Shown here: piece by piece, positions 35,739 to 45,135 of the stretch
Layout: each line of letters opens with the position of its first letter
How positions within the stretch are numbered: position 1 is the stretch's first letter
Virus record (IMG/VR): IMGVR_UViG_3300045837_000016
Span: 1-48,515 of that record
Strand: one strand, 5' to 3'
DNA length: 48,515 bases
Source of the DNA: a virus
Taxonomy: Duplodnaviria > Caudoviricetes
Program-made: the position numbers and the translations under genes
The notes under the pieces: model-generated
The model's database searches: none
Told to the model about the DNA's origin: nothing
The model's input: only the letters and a program-made list of their open reading frames with translations

Positions 35739-37972
35739 TCACGCTGCCTTTCGCTGTTGTGGTTGCTGCTGCGCCTGGGCAGCGATGCGTCGAAGGTTGG
35801 CCTGATGCTGCTCCTCGGCGTGACGCAGCTTCTGCTGATGCTGCTCCTCGGCGTGGCGGCGCTGCTGCTCTGAGTTGGCCGCCTGGTCGCCGAGCTGCTG
35901 CTGCGCGGTCTGGCCCTGAATCCCCATCTGCTGTTGAGCCTGCGCCTGCTGGGTCTGCTGATCCTGAGCCTGGCCGGCCATCTGCTGCTGAGCCATCTGA
36001 CCCTGAAGCTGCGCCTGCTGCGCTTGGCCGGGGTTCTGCATCTGCTGCTGCATCTGCATTTGCTGAGCCTCGGCCTGCGCTGCGCGCTGCTTGTGAGCGG
36101 CGACGTGGGCTTCCATGATCTGCTTGGCCTGCGGCGACCAGGAGGCGTACTCGATGCCGCGCTGCTGATCCTGGTGGGTGTCGATGTGGACCGCGTCGTC
36201 GTCGTAGTCGTTGACCGGGAGCGGGATCCCCTGGCTGATCTGCACGTTCTCGCGCTTGGCCTGAGTCTCTGACTTGGTGTACTGCTCGATCAGCCGCTCG
36301 GCGCCGCCGACCTCCATGTCCTCCAGGTAGTGCGCCAGATCCTTGCCGTGCGGCGGGTTGCCCGACTGGACAAGCTGAGTGAGGAGGTCCTGCATCGCGG
36401 CCTGCTTGGCGGCCCTTGACTGCGGGAACGCGGAGCCGGCCTGCACCTCCACGTGCGTGTTGTCGCGCAGCATGGAGCCGCGGAAGTCCTTGATCTGCCA
36501 GATCCCGTCATCCCCGCCGATCCGGATCGTGCGGGCGTCGGTGTAGTAGTGCGCCGCCAGCTTCAGCACCTTCTGGCCGATCTTCCCAAGCTGCGTCTCG
36601 TAGTCGGTCACGGCCGGGCCCAACCGGGTGTCGTCGGTTTCCAGCAGCAGGTTGATCGCCGAGGCGGCCGTTACACCGGGAGGGACGCTCGCCGAGGAAA
36701 CCTCGTGCTGGCCGGAGATCTCCTGGATCGACTCCTCGATGTTCGCGATCTCCTGGATCACATAGTCCGGCAGCGGCGGAGCCTGAAGATAGGTCGGCAC
36801 GTTGTTCGGCGAGCCGATGTCATCGAAGAAGTAGATGCCGCCCGGCATCGTCGTAGAGTCCGCGAACTTGTCCGGGTCCTGCACCGCCTGCTTCGAAGCG
36901 AGGATCGTCGGGTTCCCGACCCGGTTGCGGTTCTCGGCGATCTGCGACTTGACCTTGTTCAGCTCGGTCTGCGGGCCGCGGAGCTGCTCGGCGATCGACG
37001 TGGGCCACAGCCGCCCGGGGATCGGGATCCCCGTGAGCATCACGTACGGGAACGGGTCAAACGGCCGGTCATCCTCAAACAAGAGACGCTTGGCCGCCCA
37101 CACCGCCCTGCGGCCGTTCGGGTGCTGCGTCGAGGGCTTTGACCAGTACTCGCGGATCTTCACGCCCTTATAGGAGCCGGTGCCGGGCATGAAGATCGCG
37201 CCCATCCGGGATTCGATCAGGCCGGGGTTGCCGATCGTGTCAGGCTGAAGCTCCACGCCGTAGCGCCTGAGGATCGACTCCTGGGACTGCACGGACTCCT
37301 CGATGATCCACTCGCACTCATCGAACGTGTCCGCGAGAGGATCCGGGTAGGTCTGAAACGGTGAGCGGACCTCCACGCGGATGTCGCCCTGGTTGATCCG
37401 CTTCGATTGGATCGCGCCGGCGGGAAGCCCAAGCTGCTGGGTGAGCGCGCCCACGTCGACCTGATCGGAGCGCATCGGCCTGCCCGACCCGTCCGTGAGC
37501 GGCTGACCGCCCGGACCGACCACCACATCCGCACCGTCCCCGAGGGTGGGGTCCCAGAACGTTTTGACGAACCCCGCGCCGCAGATCCGCGACCAGTGCA
37601 GCGCCTTGGTCATCAGCTCCTGCATGTGCAGGTGCTTCCACAGGTAGCGCATCAACTGCTCGCCAAGCTCCGAGGCGTTCACGTCCTCGTCGTCAGCCGT
37701 CCGAGGCGAGATGGTGAACACGGGCCGGTTCTTGGTCATCTTCGCTATCTCCAGCCGCACGCACGGCTGGATGCGGTTGTCGACGATCGTGATCCGGTTA
37801 GGCCGCAGCCGGGGCTTGTAGAGCCCCTGCCCGTCCCAAGCTACCCACAGGGTTGCTGCTCGCCGACGTAGTAAGCGAGGTTCAGGTACCAGACTGGGTC
37901 CAGCTTGGCACGGGCCATCTTCGCTTTCCGGTGCAGATCGTCAAGATCCGCGAGGGTTGAGTCGGCGGGCAT
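35739..37972 (-). CDS. Portal protein (P22-like, Gln-rich C-terminal barrel), interrupted by 8 nt at 37848..37855
   Basis: ATG 37972 overlaps the upstream TAA. Removing CAACCCTG gives ..WYLNLAYYVGEQ-WVAWDGQGLY..VDNRIQPCVRLEIAKMT (741 aa). PQTELNK, EISGQHEVS, ASAINLL motifs. Confidence 0.88.
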
Positions 37973-38295
37973 TAGGCATCACCTCCCTCGGCATTCGTGC
38001 CGACGAGGTCAAGCTCGTCAGGCATGGTGATCGTGCCGACGAGTTCGATCTCGTCGGGCTCGAACTCGGGCATCTGGAACGTGACCGGAGCCTGCACGGG
38101 CAGCCGGTCGGGGCGCTGGATGCGGTCAAGCAACTCCGCGCGCTCCTTCGCCACGCTGGCGAGCAGCGCCGCGCGCTCCTGAGCGGCGGTCGACTCGTAG
38201 TTGGCGCACTCAAGCCGATGGTCTGACAGCACGCTTCGCAGCAATGCCAGCAGCCCGAGGCACACAACCCCGAGAGCGACGATCGCGTAGATCAA
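37972..38295 (-). CDS. Membrane-anchored protein upstream of the portal
   Basis: N-terminal TM; ERAELLDRIQRP. Confidence 0.7.
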   Translation of the reverse strand: MIYAIVALGVVCLGLLALLRSVLSDHRLECANYESTAAQERAALLASVAKERAELLDRIQRPDRLPVQAPVTFQMPEFEPDEIELVGTITMPDELDLVGTNAEGGDA

Positions 38296-38296
38296 C

Positions 38297-38325
38297 TTGA
38301 TTCCTTCCCGGAGGGCGGATAGGCT
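38297..38325 (+). promoter_or_regulatory. Sigma-A-like promoter, leaderless
   Basis: TTGATT-17-TAGGCT, 6 nt before ATG 38332. Confidence 0.65.
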
Positions 38326-38331
38326 CGCCTC

Positions 38332-38475
38332 ATGTCCGACTGGATGGCAGCCCGCCCGCGGATGATCCTGCTGGCCGCCGTGGTGATCGTGCTGGCGCTC
38401 AGCATCGGCGCGGCGCTACTGCCACACCACGCCGGCACGTTTCACGGGCCGGTGCCCAGCTACCTGAAGCGTTAA
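38332..38475 (+). CDS. Moron: 47-aa single-TM protein
   Basis: MSDWMAARPRMILLAAVVIVLALSIGAALLPHHAG...; own promoter; fills the intergenic gap. Confidence 0.6.
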   Translation: MSDWMAARPRMILLAAVVIVLALSIGAALLPHHAGTFHGPVPSYLKR

Positions 38476-40931
38476 AGGCCCTCGACCACCTGCGCCGGCG
38501 AGCCCGAGGCGTACGTGTAGCTCATCGTCTTGTTGGCGGGGAGATGCACCGTCTGGGTGGCGGACGCGGCCACGCTGATCGTCGGGCCGTTCTGGATCAC
38601 CAGGCTGAGGGTGGCTGTCCCGTTGGTGATGTAGAACGTGCGGTCGTAGGTCTGCGCGGCGACCGAGGCTGTCGTGGCGGGGACGGCGACGACAACCACC
38701 CCGACCGGGTTGAACCCGGCGACATTGCGTGCCGAGACACCGGCGACCTGGGTGGCGTCAAGGCTCAATGCGGTCGTCGAGGAGGCCGACAGGTCACAGT
38801 CGGAGATCCGCAGGTTCGACAACGTCAGCCCCGTGGTGCTGGTGACCGTGATCCCCGTCGAGGTTCCCGAGGTTGCCGGGTTGCCGGTGTGGTAGGCGCG
38901 GGTCACCCGGCCGCCCAGGTTCAGCATCGCGGTGGCGATACCGAACACGATCCCGTTCCAGTTGAACGCCCCCGAGGTTCCCGTGAGGCCGGTGGGGTCC
39001 ATGTGCACGTCGTCGATCTCGCAGGTGACCGTAGTGGTGCCCGAGGTCGGGTTCCAGATCGCCAGCCCTCGCAGGGTCTGCGTGTTCCCCGATGAGTTGG
39101 TTCCCGTGCCGACGAGCGTGAGCTTGCGGGCACGGAACTTCGAGGTGACCGTCGCGTCCTGGCGGATCAGCGTCACCGACGTGGAAGCCGTGCCGTTGGC
39201 GATGGTGATCCCCGACTTCTCGACGTGGAAGCCGTCGAAGTCGACCCCGTAGGTCTGGCAGACACCCTGCCAGCCGATCGAGTCCGACGCGTGCCAGATC
39301 CCCGAAAGGTCATGCACGTCGCAGTCCTTGAGCTTGATCGTCCCGCAGCCGAGGTTTGAGCCGAGCTTTGCCGCGTAGAACGCCGCGGGAACCTGCCCGT
39401 TCGCCCCTCCGGTGAACGCTGTGCTGTACCGGGCATGGCAGCGCTGCCACGTCGTCTTTTGCAGGTCCACGCGCGTGGTGCCCGAGTTCGCCGTGTTGGT
39501 CGACGCCGACGTGGGGTAGTCGTTGAACTGCACGTAGCTGAAGTTGTTGAAGCCGAACGAGCCCGAGCCGGAGTCCACGATGGTGGTGTCGACGCAGTTG
39601 AAGTCCATCAGGTTCGAGATGCCGACCCCGGTGAAAGCCGAGTCGCCGTAGCACTGCTTGACGTAGCCGCGTCCCCCATAGTCAAAGGAGCCGATCTGGA
39701 AGTTGATCGAGTTCCACGTCCGCAGAGTGCTGATCGTCACGCCCGTGCCGTCGGCGGTCGCGTTGGCGCTCAGCACGCCTGACGTGCCGCCAGGATCGAC
39801 GGTCACCGTCGCGCCGCTCGGAATGCCGGTCCCCTGCACATGGAACACCTGGTTCGCCGGCAGGGACGCCGAGAAGGTGTCGAGCACCTTCGTGCCGTTA
39901 TGGGTATTCGCAGTGATCGACACCGGGATTGTCGCGATGCCCGGCTGCACGGCGACCGGGTTGGTGGCCGGGCCGAGCTGCGCGCAAGAGTGCCAGCAGC
40001 GCTCGAACGTGATCTCGTCCAGCCACACGTTCAGGTTCGTCGGGTTGGTCGCGCTCGTGGTGCCGAACACCTGCGCGCCGACGTTGCCGCCGTAGAAATG
40101 GCAGTCCTGGATCAGGATCTTCTTGAGGATGTTCTGGGTCGACTCGTTGTCGGCAAGCTGGAAGCAGAGCAGCGAGATGCACCACCGGCCCGTGACCGCT
40201 CCCGGCCAGTCCCCGTTGGTCAGAGAGCTGGGGACGTTGATCGCATCCACGCGCCTGACAGCGATGTTCAGCAGGTTGATCCGCTGGCCGGTGGTGGCCG
40301 ACGAGCCGTTGACGTAGGTGCCGATAATGACGTGGTGCTTGCCGGTGGTCTGGTTGCAGTCGACCGTGAAATCCGACAGCTCGATGTTCTGAAACGTCTG
40401 ATAGTCGGCGGTCCGGTTGAAGTCGATAAACCGCGGGGCGCCGGAGGACAGCTTGACCGTGGTGACGCCCTTGCCCTTGCCGCGGATCGCGATGCCGGTC
40501 GCGGACGGAGGCAGCGACGGAACCCCCGACTGCCACAGGAACGTGCCCGGCCCCATGATGATCTCGCCGAACCCGCCGACCTTCGCGATCGCCGCGATCA
40601 TGTTCGCTGCGTCATCACCGCCGGTCGGCTCAAGGACCACCGTGGTGAACTGGGGCGTGGAGGTGACGATCGGCTGCTGCTTCCACTGCGAGGTCAGGGT
40701 GACCGTCACCGTCGCCGCGGAAGACCCCCGCACCCACACGTTCTGAGTGACCGTCGCCGAACCCGAAGGGCTGATCGAGCCGATATTGCTCGACGACGAC
40801 ACAGACGGGTCGCCGCCGTAGTACACCGTCCCGCCTGTCGAATCGACCGAGAGGACCGCGGAGCCGCCCTCCACTGAGACTGGGATCGAATGGTCGGCGT
40901 TGACGTTGAGAGTGAAGATCTGATCGGCCAT
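38472..40931 (-). CDS. Beta-helix (pectate lyase-like) tailspike/depolymerase
   Basis: GDDAANMIAAI..IMGPGTF..IRGKGKGVTTVK..IELSDFTVD; S/T/G/N-rich. Confidence 0.8.
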   Translation of the reverse strand: MADQIFTLNVNADHSIPVSVEGGSAVLSVDSTGGTVYYGGDPSVSSSSNIGSISPSGSATVTQNVWVRGSSAATVTVTLTSQWKQQPIVTSTPQFTTVVLEPTGGDDAANMIAAIAKVGGFGEIIMGPGTFLWQSGVPSLPPSATGIAIRGKGKGVTTVKLSSGAPRFIDFNRTADYQTFQNIELSDFTVDCNQTTGKHHVIIGTYVNGSSATTGQRINLLNIAVRRVDAINVPSSLTNGDWPGAVTGRWCISLLCFQLADNESTQNILKKILIQDCHFYGGNVGAQVFGTTSATNPTNLNVWLDEITFERCWHSCAQLGPATNPVAVQPGIATIPVSITANTHNGTKVLDTFSASLPANQVFHVQGTGIPSGATVTVDPGGTSGVLSANATADGTGVTISTLRTWNSINFQIGSFDYGGRGYVKQCYGDSAFTGVGISNLMDFNCVDTTIVDSGSGSFGFNNFSYVQFNDYPTSASTNTANSGTTRVDLQKTTWQRCHARYSTAFTGGANGQVPAAFYAAKLGSNLGCGTIKLKDCDVHDLSGIWHASDSIGWQGVCQTYGVDFDGFHVEKSGITIANGTASTSVTLIRQDATVTSKFRARKLTLVGTGTNSSGNTQTLRGLAIWNPTSGTTTVTCEIDDVHMDPTGLTGTSGAFNWNGIVFGIATAMLNLGGRVTRAYHTGNPATSGTSTGITVTSTTGLTLSNLRISDCDLSASSTTALSLDATQVAGVSARNVAGFNPVGVVVVAVPATTASVAAQTYDRTFYITNGTATLSLVIQNGPTISVAASATQTVHLPANKTMSYTYASGSPAQVVEGL

Positions 40932-40932
40932 G

Positions 40933-41262
40933 TCACGCGCTCGCTACCGACGCCGTGACCGTGCCGCCGGTGATCCCCGACGTGATATTCGCCCGCACAT
41001 ACTGCGCCGGCGTGTCCGCCACCTGCCCCGCGTACACCGTGTTCTGGGCGGTCGTCGACAACGACACCGACGTCGTGAACCAGTTGGTGTTGTCGTGGGA
41101 GAGCTCGAGCTTCACCGTGCCCGCGGTCACGCTCGCGCCCGTGGTGACGATCAGCGAGTGGCAGGCTTTGCTGCACCCGTTGTCGAGCACAAGGTTGCCC
41201 GCGCCCGTCGTCGAGACGCCCGACAGGACCGTGAGCGGATTGGTCTGATACTGGAGTGCCAT
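40933..41262 (-). CDS. Small beta-sandwich structural protein
   Basis: VKLELSHDNTNWF..QYVRANIT. Confidence 0.7.
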   Translation of the reverse strand: MALQYQTNPLTVLSGVSTTGAGNLVLDNGCSKACHSLIVTTGASVTAGTVKLELSHDNTNWFTTSVSLSTTAQNTVYAGQVADTPAQYVRANITSGITGGTVTASVASA

Positions 41263-41263
41263 G

Positions 41264-41620
41264 TCAGGCGGCTACCTTTCTGCGAGGACCGGGCCTGCGG
41301 GCCTCGGGTTCGGGTTCTGCCGCCAACGCGGCCTTCAGCGAGCGGACCTGCGCTTTGAGCGCTTCGATCTGGATGTCCTGCTTGCGGATCTCGTTGAACT
41401 GCTTGGAATGAAGCTCAGGCTTGAACGCGAGTTTCTCCATCGCGACACGCAGGCAGTTCTCGCAGATGTGCAGGTCGTCAGAGCCTTCCATGTACGCCTG
41501 CGTTTCACGGTCGACGAAGCAGCCGCCGTCGTGGGCGGCGTCGAAGTCGACATACCGGCAGTCGGGCGTGTTGTGGCACGCCGAGCAGAACGCCGGCTTG
41601 GGGTCCGACAAGCGGATCAT
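41264..41620 (-). CDS. Zn-finger plus coiled-coil protein
   Basis: CSAC..HICENC; GGAGG RBS. Confidence 0.7.
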   Translation of the reverse strand: MIRLSDPKPAFCSACHNTPDCRYVDFDAAHDGGCFVDRETQAYMEGSDDLHICENCLRVAMEKLAFKPELHSKQFNEIRKQDIQIEALKAQVRSLKAALAAEPEPEARRPGPRRKVAA

Positions 41621-41646
41621 GTGGCACCTCCCGGTGCGTTAGGAAC

Positions 41647-43221
41647 TCAGTGCCACACGCCCGGACCGAAATCGTGGTCCGGTGTCTTGGGCAGTCGCAG
41701 CCGCTTCAGCGATTCTCTGAGCAGCCGATCCTTCAAAGTCAACGACTCCGCCGGGATCTCCCGGTCCGGAGCCAGCGGACGCTGCATCACGATGTAGCGG
41801 AGCGCGTCCAACAGGTGGTCGTCCTTCTTGACCGGAGCCTCCTTGGCCTCATTCTCCCCACGGCCAGCAGACACCCACCGGTAGCGCTTGAACTCCGCCC
41901 GGAGCTCCACACAGTGAGCCATCACCTTCAGCTTGTCCGCCTCAAGGCGCTCCTTGACCCGGTTGATCCCCGCGGTCACCGAGTTCTGCCCCGGCACCGT
42001 GAACACGCCGTTGTCGGCGAACTCCTGCTGATCGGACCGGCCCGTCTGCGAGTTCGTGTTCCGGGCGGCAGGGTCGATCACCGTCCAGCGAGGACGGATC
42101 CCCGGGCGTTGGGCTGAGACGAACCCCCAGCGGTAGTCGCGGTTGACCATCTCGCGGCACACCTCGCGGACCGTTCTCCCCTGGAGGGCGATCTCGTCGA
42201 AGATCACTAGCTCATCGTTCTCATCAAGCCACCCGTACAAGACCGCGCACATGTGCCGGATGCCCGGGTCGATACCCCGGAACACCTCAGCCCCGTCAGG
42301 GATCGCGTGAGCCAGATCCAGCGGCGTCGGGAGGATGTGCCTGGCCTTGGAGAACTGCGGGTACACCAGGCCGGCGAAGTGCACGAACCGGCCCGACTTA
42401 CGAGCCTCCCGCTCCTCAGCCGAGAGCCCCGACAGAGCTCTGAGCTTGGCTGTCTCGTCGAGGTGCGGGTTGTCGTCCATGTCCACCACGACCACCCGGC
42501 CGTCCTCAAGCTGGCCGCGCTCCCACGGCTCGTAGACCTCGTCGTACATCCACGACATCCCCGACAAGGGGGTCATCGTGAAAAGCTCCTCGCCGCCGTA
42601 GTCGATCAGGCGCATGAGGCATTCCTTGCGGATGTCCTCGCGCGGCTCCTCGTCGAAGTGGACGCGGTGCAGCGCTGCGCCCTGGAACTTGTCTACGTCC
42701 TGCTCGTTAGAGAAGAACTGGATCCACGACCCGTTCTTGAACCTCAAGACCCGAAGCTGCTTGTCGTAAGCCCGGTCAAAGTTGCCGCCCTTGAGCTGAT
42801 CTCGCGGGCACAGCTCTCGGATCTTCTGAAGGATCACGCCCTCAAGCGTGTGGCTCAGGTCCGGAGTGACGATGCGCCCGTAGAACGGAGGCTCCCAGCG
42901 CTTGAACGGCAGCAGGTGCTGCGGGACCACCTCGCGGTCGCACGCCTGGATCAGATCGTCAGCGACCCCGCCGGTGGACTTGCCGGAACGGTTGCCACCG
43001 AGGAACGCCCGAAGCGCCGGCCAGGAGGCGACGCCGTTCGTCAGATCCGGCCGGTGAAAGATCACCTGCTTCTCGTGCGGCACATACCCCAGCAGAGGGT
43101 TCTGGCGGATCGCGTCCTCGAGAGCCAGAAGCTCCCGCTCCGCGATCTCCCGCTCCCGACCAGAGAGATTCGACAGAGCCTCAAGGTTGACCCCGAGGCC
43201 AGCCAGCGAAGAATTGGGCAA
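41647..43221 (-). CDS. terL: Terminase large subunit
   Basis: Walker A GGNRSGKS, Walker B HFDEE, TMTP, nuclease GIDPG..DDHLLDALRY. Confidence 0.96.
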   Translation of the reverse strand: MPNSSLAGLGVNLEALSNLSGREREIAERELLALEDAIRQNPLLGYVPHEKQVIFHRPDLTNGVASWPALRAFLGGNRSGKSTGGVADDLIQACDREVVPQHLLPFKRWEPPFYGRIVTPDLSHTLEGVILQKIRELCPRDQLKGGNFDRAYDKQLRVLRFKNGSWIQFFSNEQDVDKFQGAALHRVHFDEEPREDIRKECLMRLIDYGGEELFTMTPLSGMSWMYDEVYEPWERGQLEDGRVVVVDMDDNPHLDETAKLRALSGLSAEEREARKSGRFVHFAGLVYPQFSKARHILPTPLDLAHAIPDGAEVFRGIDPGIRHMCAVLYGWLDENDELVIFDEIALQGRTVREVCREMVNRDYRWGFVSAQRPGIRPRWTVIDPAARNTNSQTGRSDQQEFADNGVFTVPGQNSVTAGINRVKERLEADKLKVMAHCVELRAEFKRYRWVSAGRGENEAKEAPVKKDDHLLDALRYIVMQRPLAPDREIPAESLTLKDRLLRESLKRLRLPKTPDHDFGPGVWH

Positions 43222-43263
43222 GAGGAAACACCTCCCCTCCCGCCCTCAGAAATCAGGCGGCGT

Positions 43264-43698
43264 CTATCTCGGGAGCGGTGGCAAGCCTTCGGAGGCCGAC
43301 CGGATCGTGCCCGTGATTGAGCACGTCGAGGCATCCGGGATCGACAGCCCGTAGGTGTTCGGCTCGTAGTACGTCACGCCGTCGAGCGAGTGCGCGATCT
43401 TGCCCTCGCCCACGTCGCGGATCGGCCCGGCGAACATCTGCTTCAGCGCCATGTCCACAGCCATCCAGTTCGGCAACGGCATCCACGTGCCGCGAAGCGC
43501 GGCATCCACGAACTCCTCGAACTGCTCAAGGGTGATCTGGTCGGCCACATACCTGTCGCGCAGTCGCTCAAGGTGCGTGGAGTGGCAGGGGGCCTGGGTC
43601 GGCTTTCCGAAGAGCCGTTGCCAGAGGTGGTACAGCAGCCCAACGCCCCCGATGACTATGAGCGCAAAGCCGGGCGCATCAGAAACGATCGTCCTCAC
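43264..43698 (-). CDS. Membrane protein with SHOCT-like motif
   Basis: TM plus LERLRDRYVADQITLEQFE. Confidence 0.55.
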   Translation of the reverse strand: MRTIVSDAPGFALIVIGGVGLLYHLWQRLFGKPTQAPCHSTHLERLRDRYVADQITLEQFEEFVDAALRGTWMPLPNWMAVDMALKQMFAGPIRDVGEGKIAHSLDGVTYYEPNTYGLSIPDASTCSITGTIRSASEGLPPLPR

Positions 43699-44015
43699 TT
43701 CTGCGCCTTCCTGCGAGCCTCAGCCTGACGGAACGCCATGTTCCGCTCCAAGTGCGTCATGTGCCGTGGCGCAGACTCAGGCTGCTCAGCGGGCGGCGGG
43801 GTTGACGCCTCACGCCGGTGCCTGGAGCCCGTTTCCGACTCGACGTCGCCCAACGCCCGCTCAACAGCCCTCCCGGGCTCCCCATCCCAGCGCATCAGCT
43901 CGAGTTCCTTCTCGACAGCCCTCCGCACCCACACAGCCCGAGCAACATCACCCCGCGCCGCATCAACCCGAGCCAAAAGCTCCTCAGACCACCTGAACTC
44001 AACCCGCTTACTCAC
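43695..44015 (-). CDS. Ribbon-helix-helix DNA-binding protein
   Basis: KRVEFRWSEELLARVDAARGDVARAVWVRRAV. Confidence 0.75.
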   Translation of the reverse strand: MSKRVEFRWSEELLARVDAARGDVARAVWVRRAVEKELELMRWDGEPGRAVERALGDVESETGSRHRREASTPPPAEQPESAPRHMTHLERNMAFRQAEARRKAQK

Positions 44016-44072
44016 TGTACGGCATTGTACGACACCTCACGGACAAGTACGGTCCGGACACGTACGGACACC
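44016..44072 (-). promoter_or_regulatory. GTACGG/CGGACA repeats and TACAAT -10 box upstream of the RHH gene
   Basis: tgtacggc, tgtacgac, agtacggt, cgtacgga; TACAAT 8 nt before the GTG. Confidence 0.5.
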
Positions 44073-44434
44073 CAGGCGAGGCAGGCAAAATGTCTGAAGG
44101 GGCCCCGAATCGAGCAAAAATCGATGTTCAGTTTTCTCGCGTACCCCCGCGTGCGCGCGGGGTCTGCGCGTGCGCGTGTGCGTGCCCCTGGCCGCCGGCT
44201 GGTTGCTGTGCTTGCGGCCTGGCGGGTGCTTGTGTGCGCGTGTGTGTGCGGTCGAGCTGGCGTAATCGCCCGTGGTTGCTGGGGATTGCACCTACCGGCC
44301 AGGTAGGCACAGGCGGGCTACGGTGCTGTAGCTAAGCGCTGATCCCGTGCGCGTGGGCGAGCTTCTGGACTGGCTCAAGCACTAGCGTCCGCTACAACTT
44401 TGCTTGTATCAGCCGCTTTTGTATGCGCAGAGAG

Positions 44435-44464
44435 TTGACAACCTGTATCACACGGTGCTAGGTT
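44435..44464 (+). promoter_or_regulatory. Strong sigma-A promoter, leaderless
   Basis: TTGACA-18-TAGGTT with TGn extension; ACAACCT/AGGTTGT inverted repeat; ATG 7 nt later. Confidence 0.75.
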
Positions 44465-44471
44465 GTGGGCT

Positions 44472-44663
44472 ATGAGCACTTCACATCTCAGCATCAGCAC
44501 TGATCGTCAGCACCGTGTTGACGGGCTGACTCGCATCTGGGATGAGCGGCGCAACGCTTACGTGACCGATGAGCGTGGCGACGTTCTGACGTTCCCTCAG
44601 CCGTATGACGCACAGCAGTGGGTTGAGCGCCAGTGGGCTAACGCTCACGGCGTCGCCTTGTAG
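44472..44663 (+). CDS. Hypothetical protein (63 aa)
   Basis: Leaderless from the promoter above. Confidence 0.65.
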   Translation: MSTSHLSISTDRQHRVDGLTRIWDERRNAYVTDERGDVLTFPQPYDAQQWVERQWANAHGVAL

Positions 44664-44736
44664 GGCTATCCCGTAAAGCGCTCCCGCACCGATTGCAGTT
44701 CGGCCGGGAGCATGGACAGCAGAGGAGAAAGCTCTG

Positions 44737-45135
44737 ATGTCAAGCAGCAACACTACCGAGCAAGTTCTCATGAGCGCGGCGCAAACACAACACCATCTCG
44801 TCGGCGACGAGTACAACATCGTCAAGGAGTGCTCGCGTTGCGACGGCGAGTTTCTCGTTTCGAAGGATTGGGCTGCGCGGTGCGACTACTGCCACGACTG
44901 CGTCGATGCGATTCGTCGCGAGCAGCGAGCGACTGCGCCGAAGTGCGAGTGCTGTTCTCGCCGGCGTGGCACCTGGAAGATCAGCGGCGTGCTGGTCTGC
45001 GGGCGTTGCAAGACCACGATCCAGCGCAATCGTGAGCGTCAGCTGTCAGGGTTCGGTGCACTCGCTCTCGTTGTCGCGCTTGACTCCGCGCCGTTGTCGC
45101 GCGATGAGATCCTCGACCTGGCCAAGGCACGATGA
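44737..45135 (+). CDS. Multi-CxxC zinc-finger protein
   Basis: CSRC, CDYCHDC, CECC, CGRC; AGGAG RBS. Confidence 0.7.
   Translation: MSSSNTTEQVLMSAAQTQHHLVGDEYNIVKECSRCDGEFLVSKDWAARCDYCHDCVDAIRREQRATAPKCECCSRRRGTWKISGVLVCGRCKTTIQRNRERQLSGFGALALVVALDSAPLSRDEILDLAKAR

Noticed and set aside
37852-37860. AGCAAC shared between the portal insert and the early-gene start motif
   Set aside because: Only a 6-mer, absent from the nozzle insert; expected by chance.
37844-37940. Canonical X XXY YYZ -1 frameshift explaining the portal break
   Set aside because: No slippery heptamer in frame, and the frame-0 motif WYLNLAYYVGEQ forces the switch to the last few codons.
4540-43320. Long + strand ORFs (e.g. 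4540-5880, 8870-9829, 10985-12139, 32226-33386, 39840-40877, 42253-43320)
   Set aside because: Antisense shadows of real - strand genes in high-GC DNA; no motifs or expression signals.
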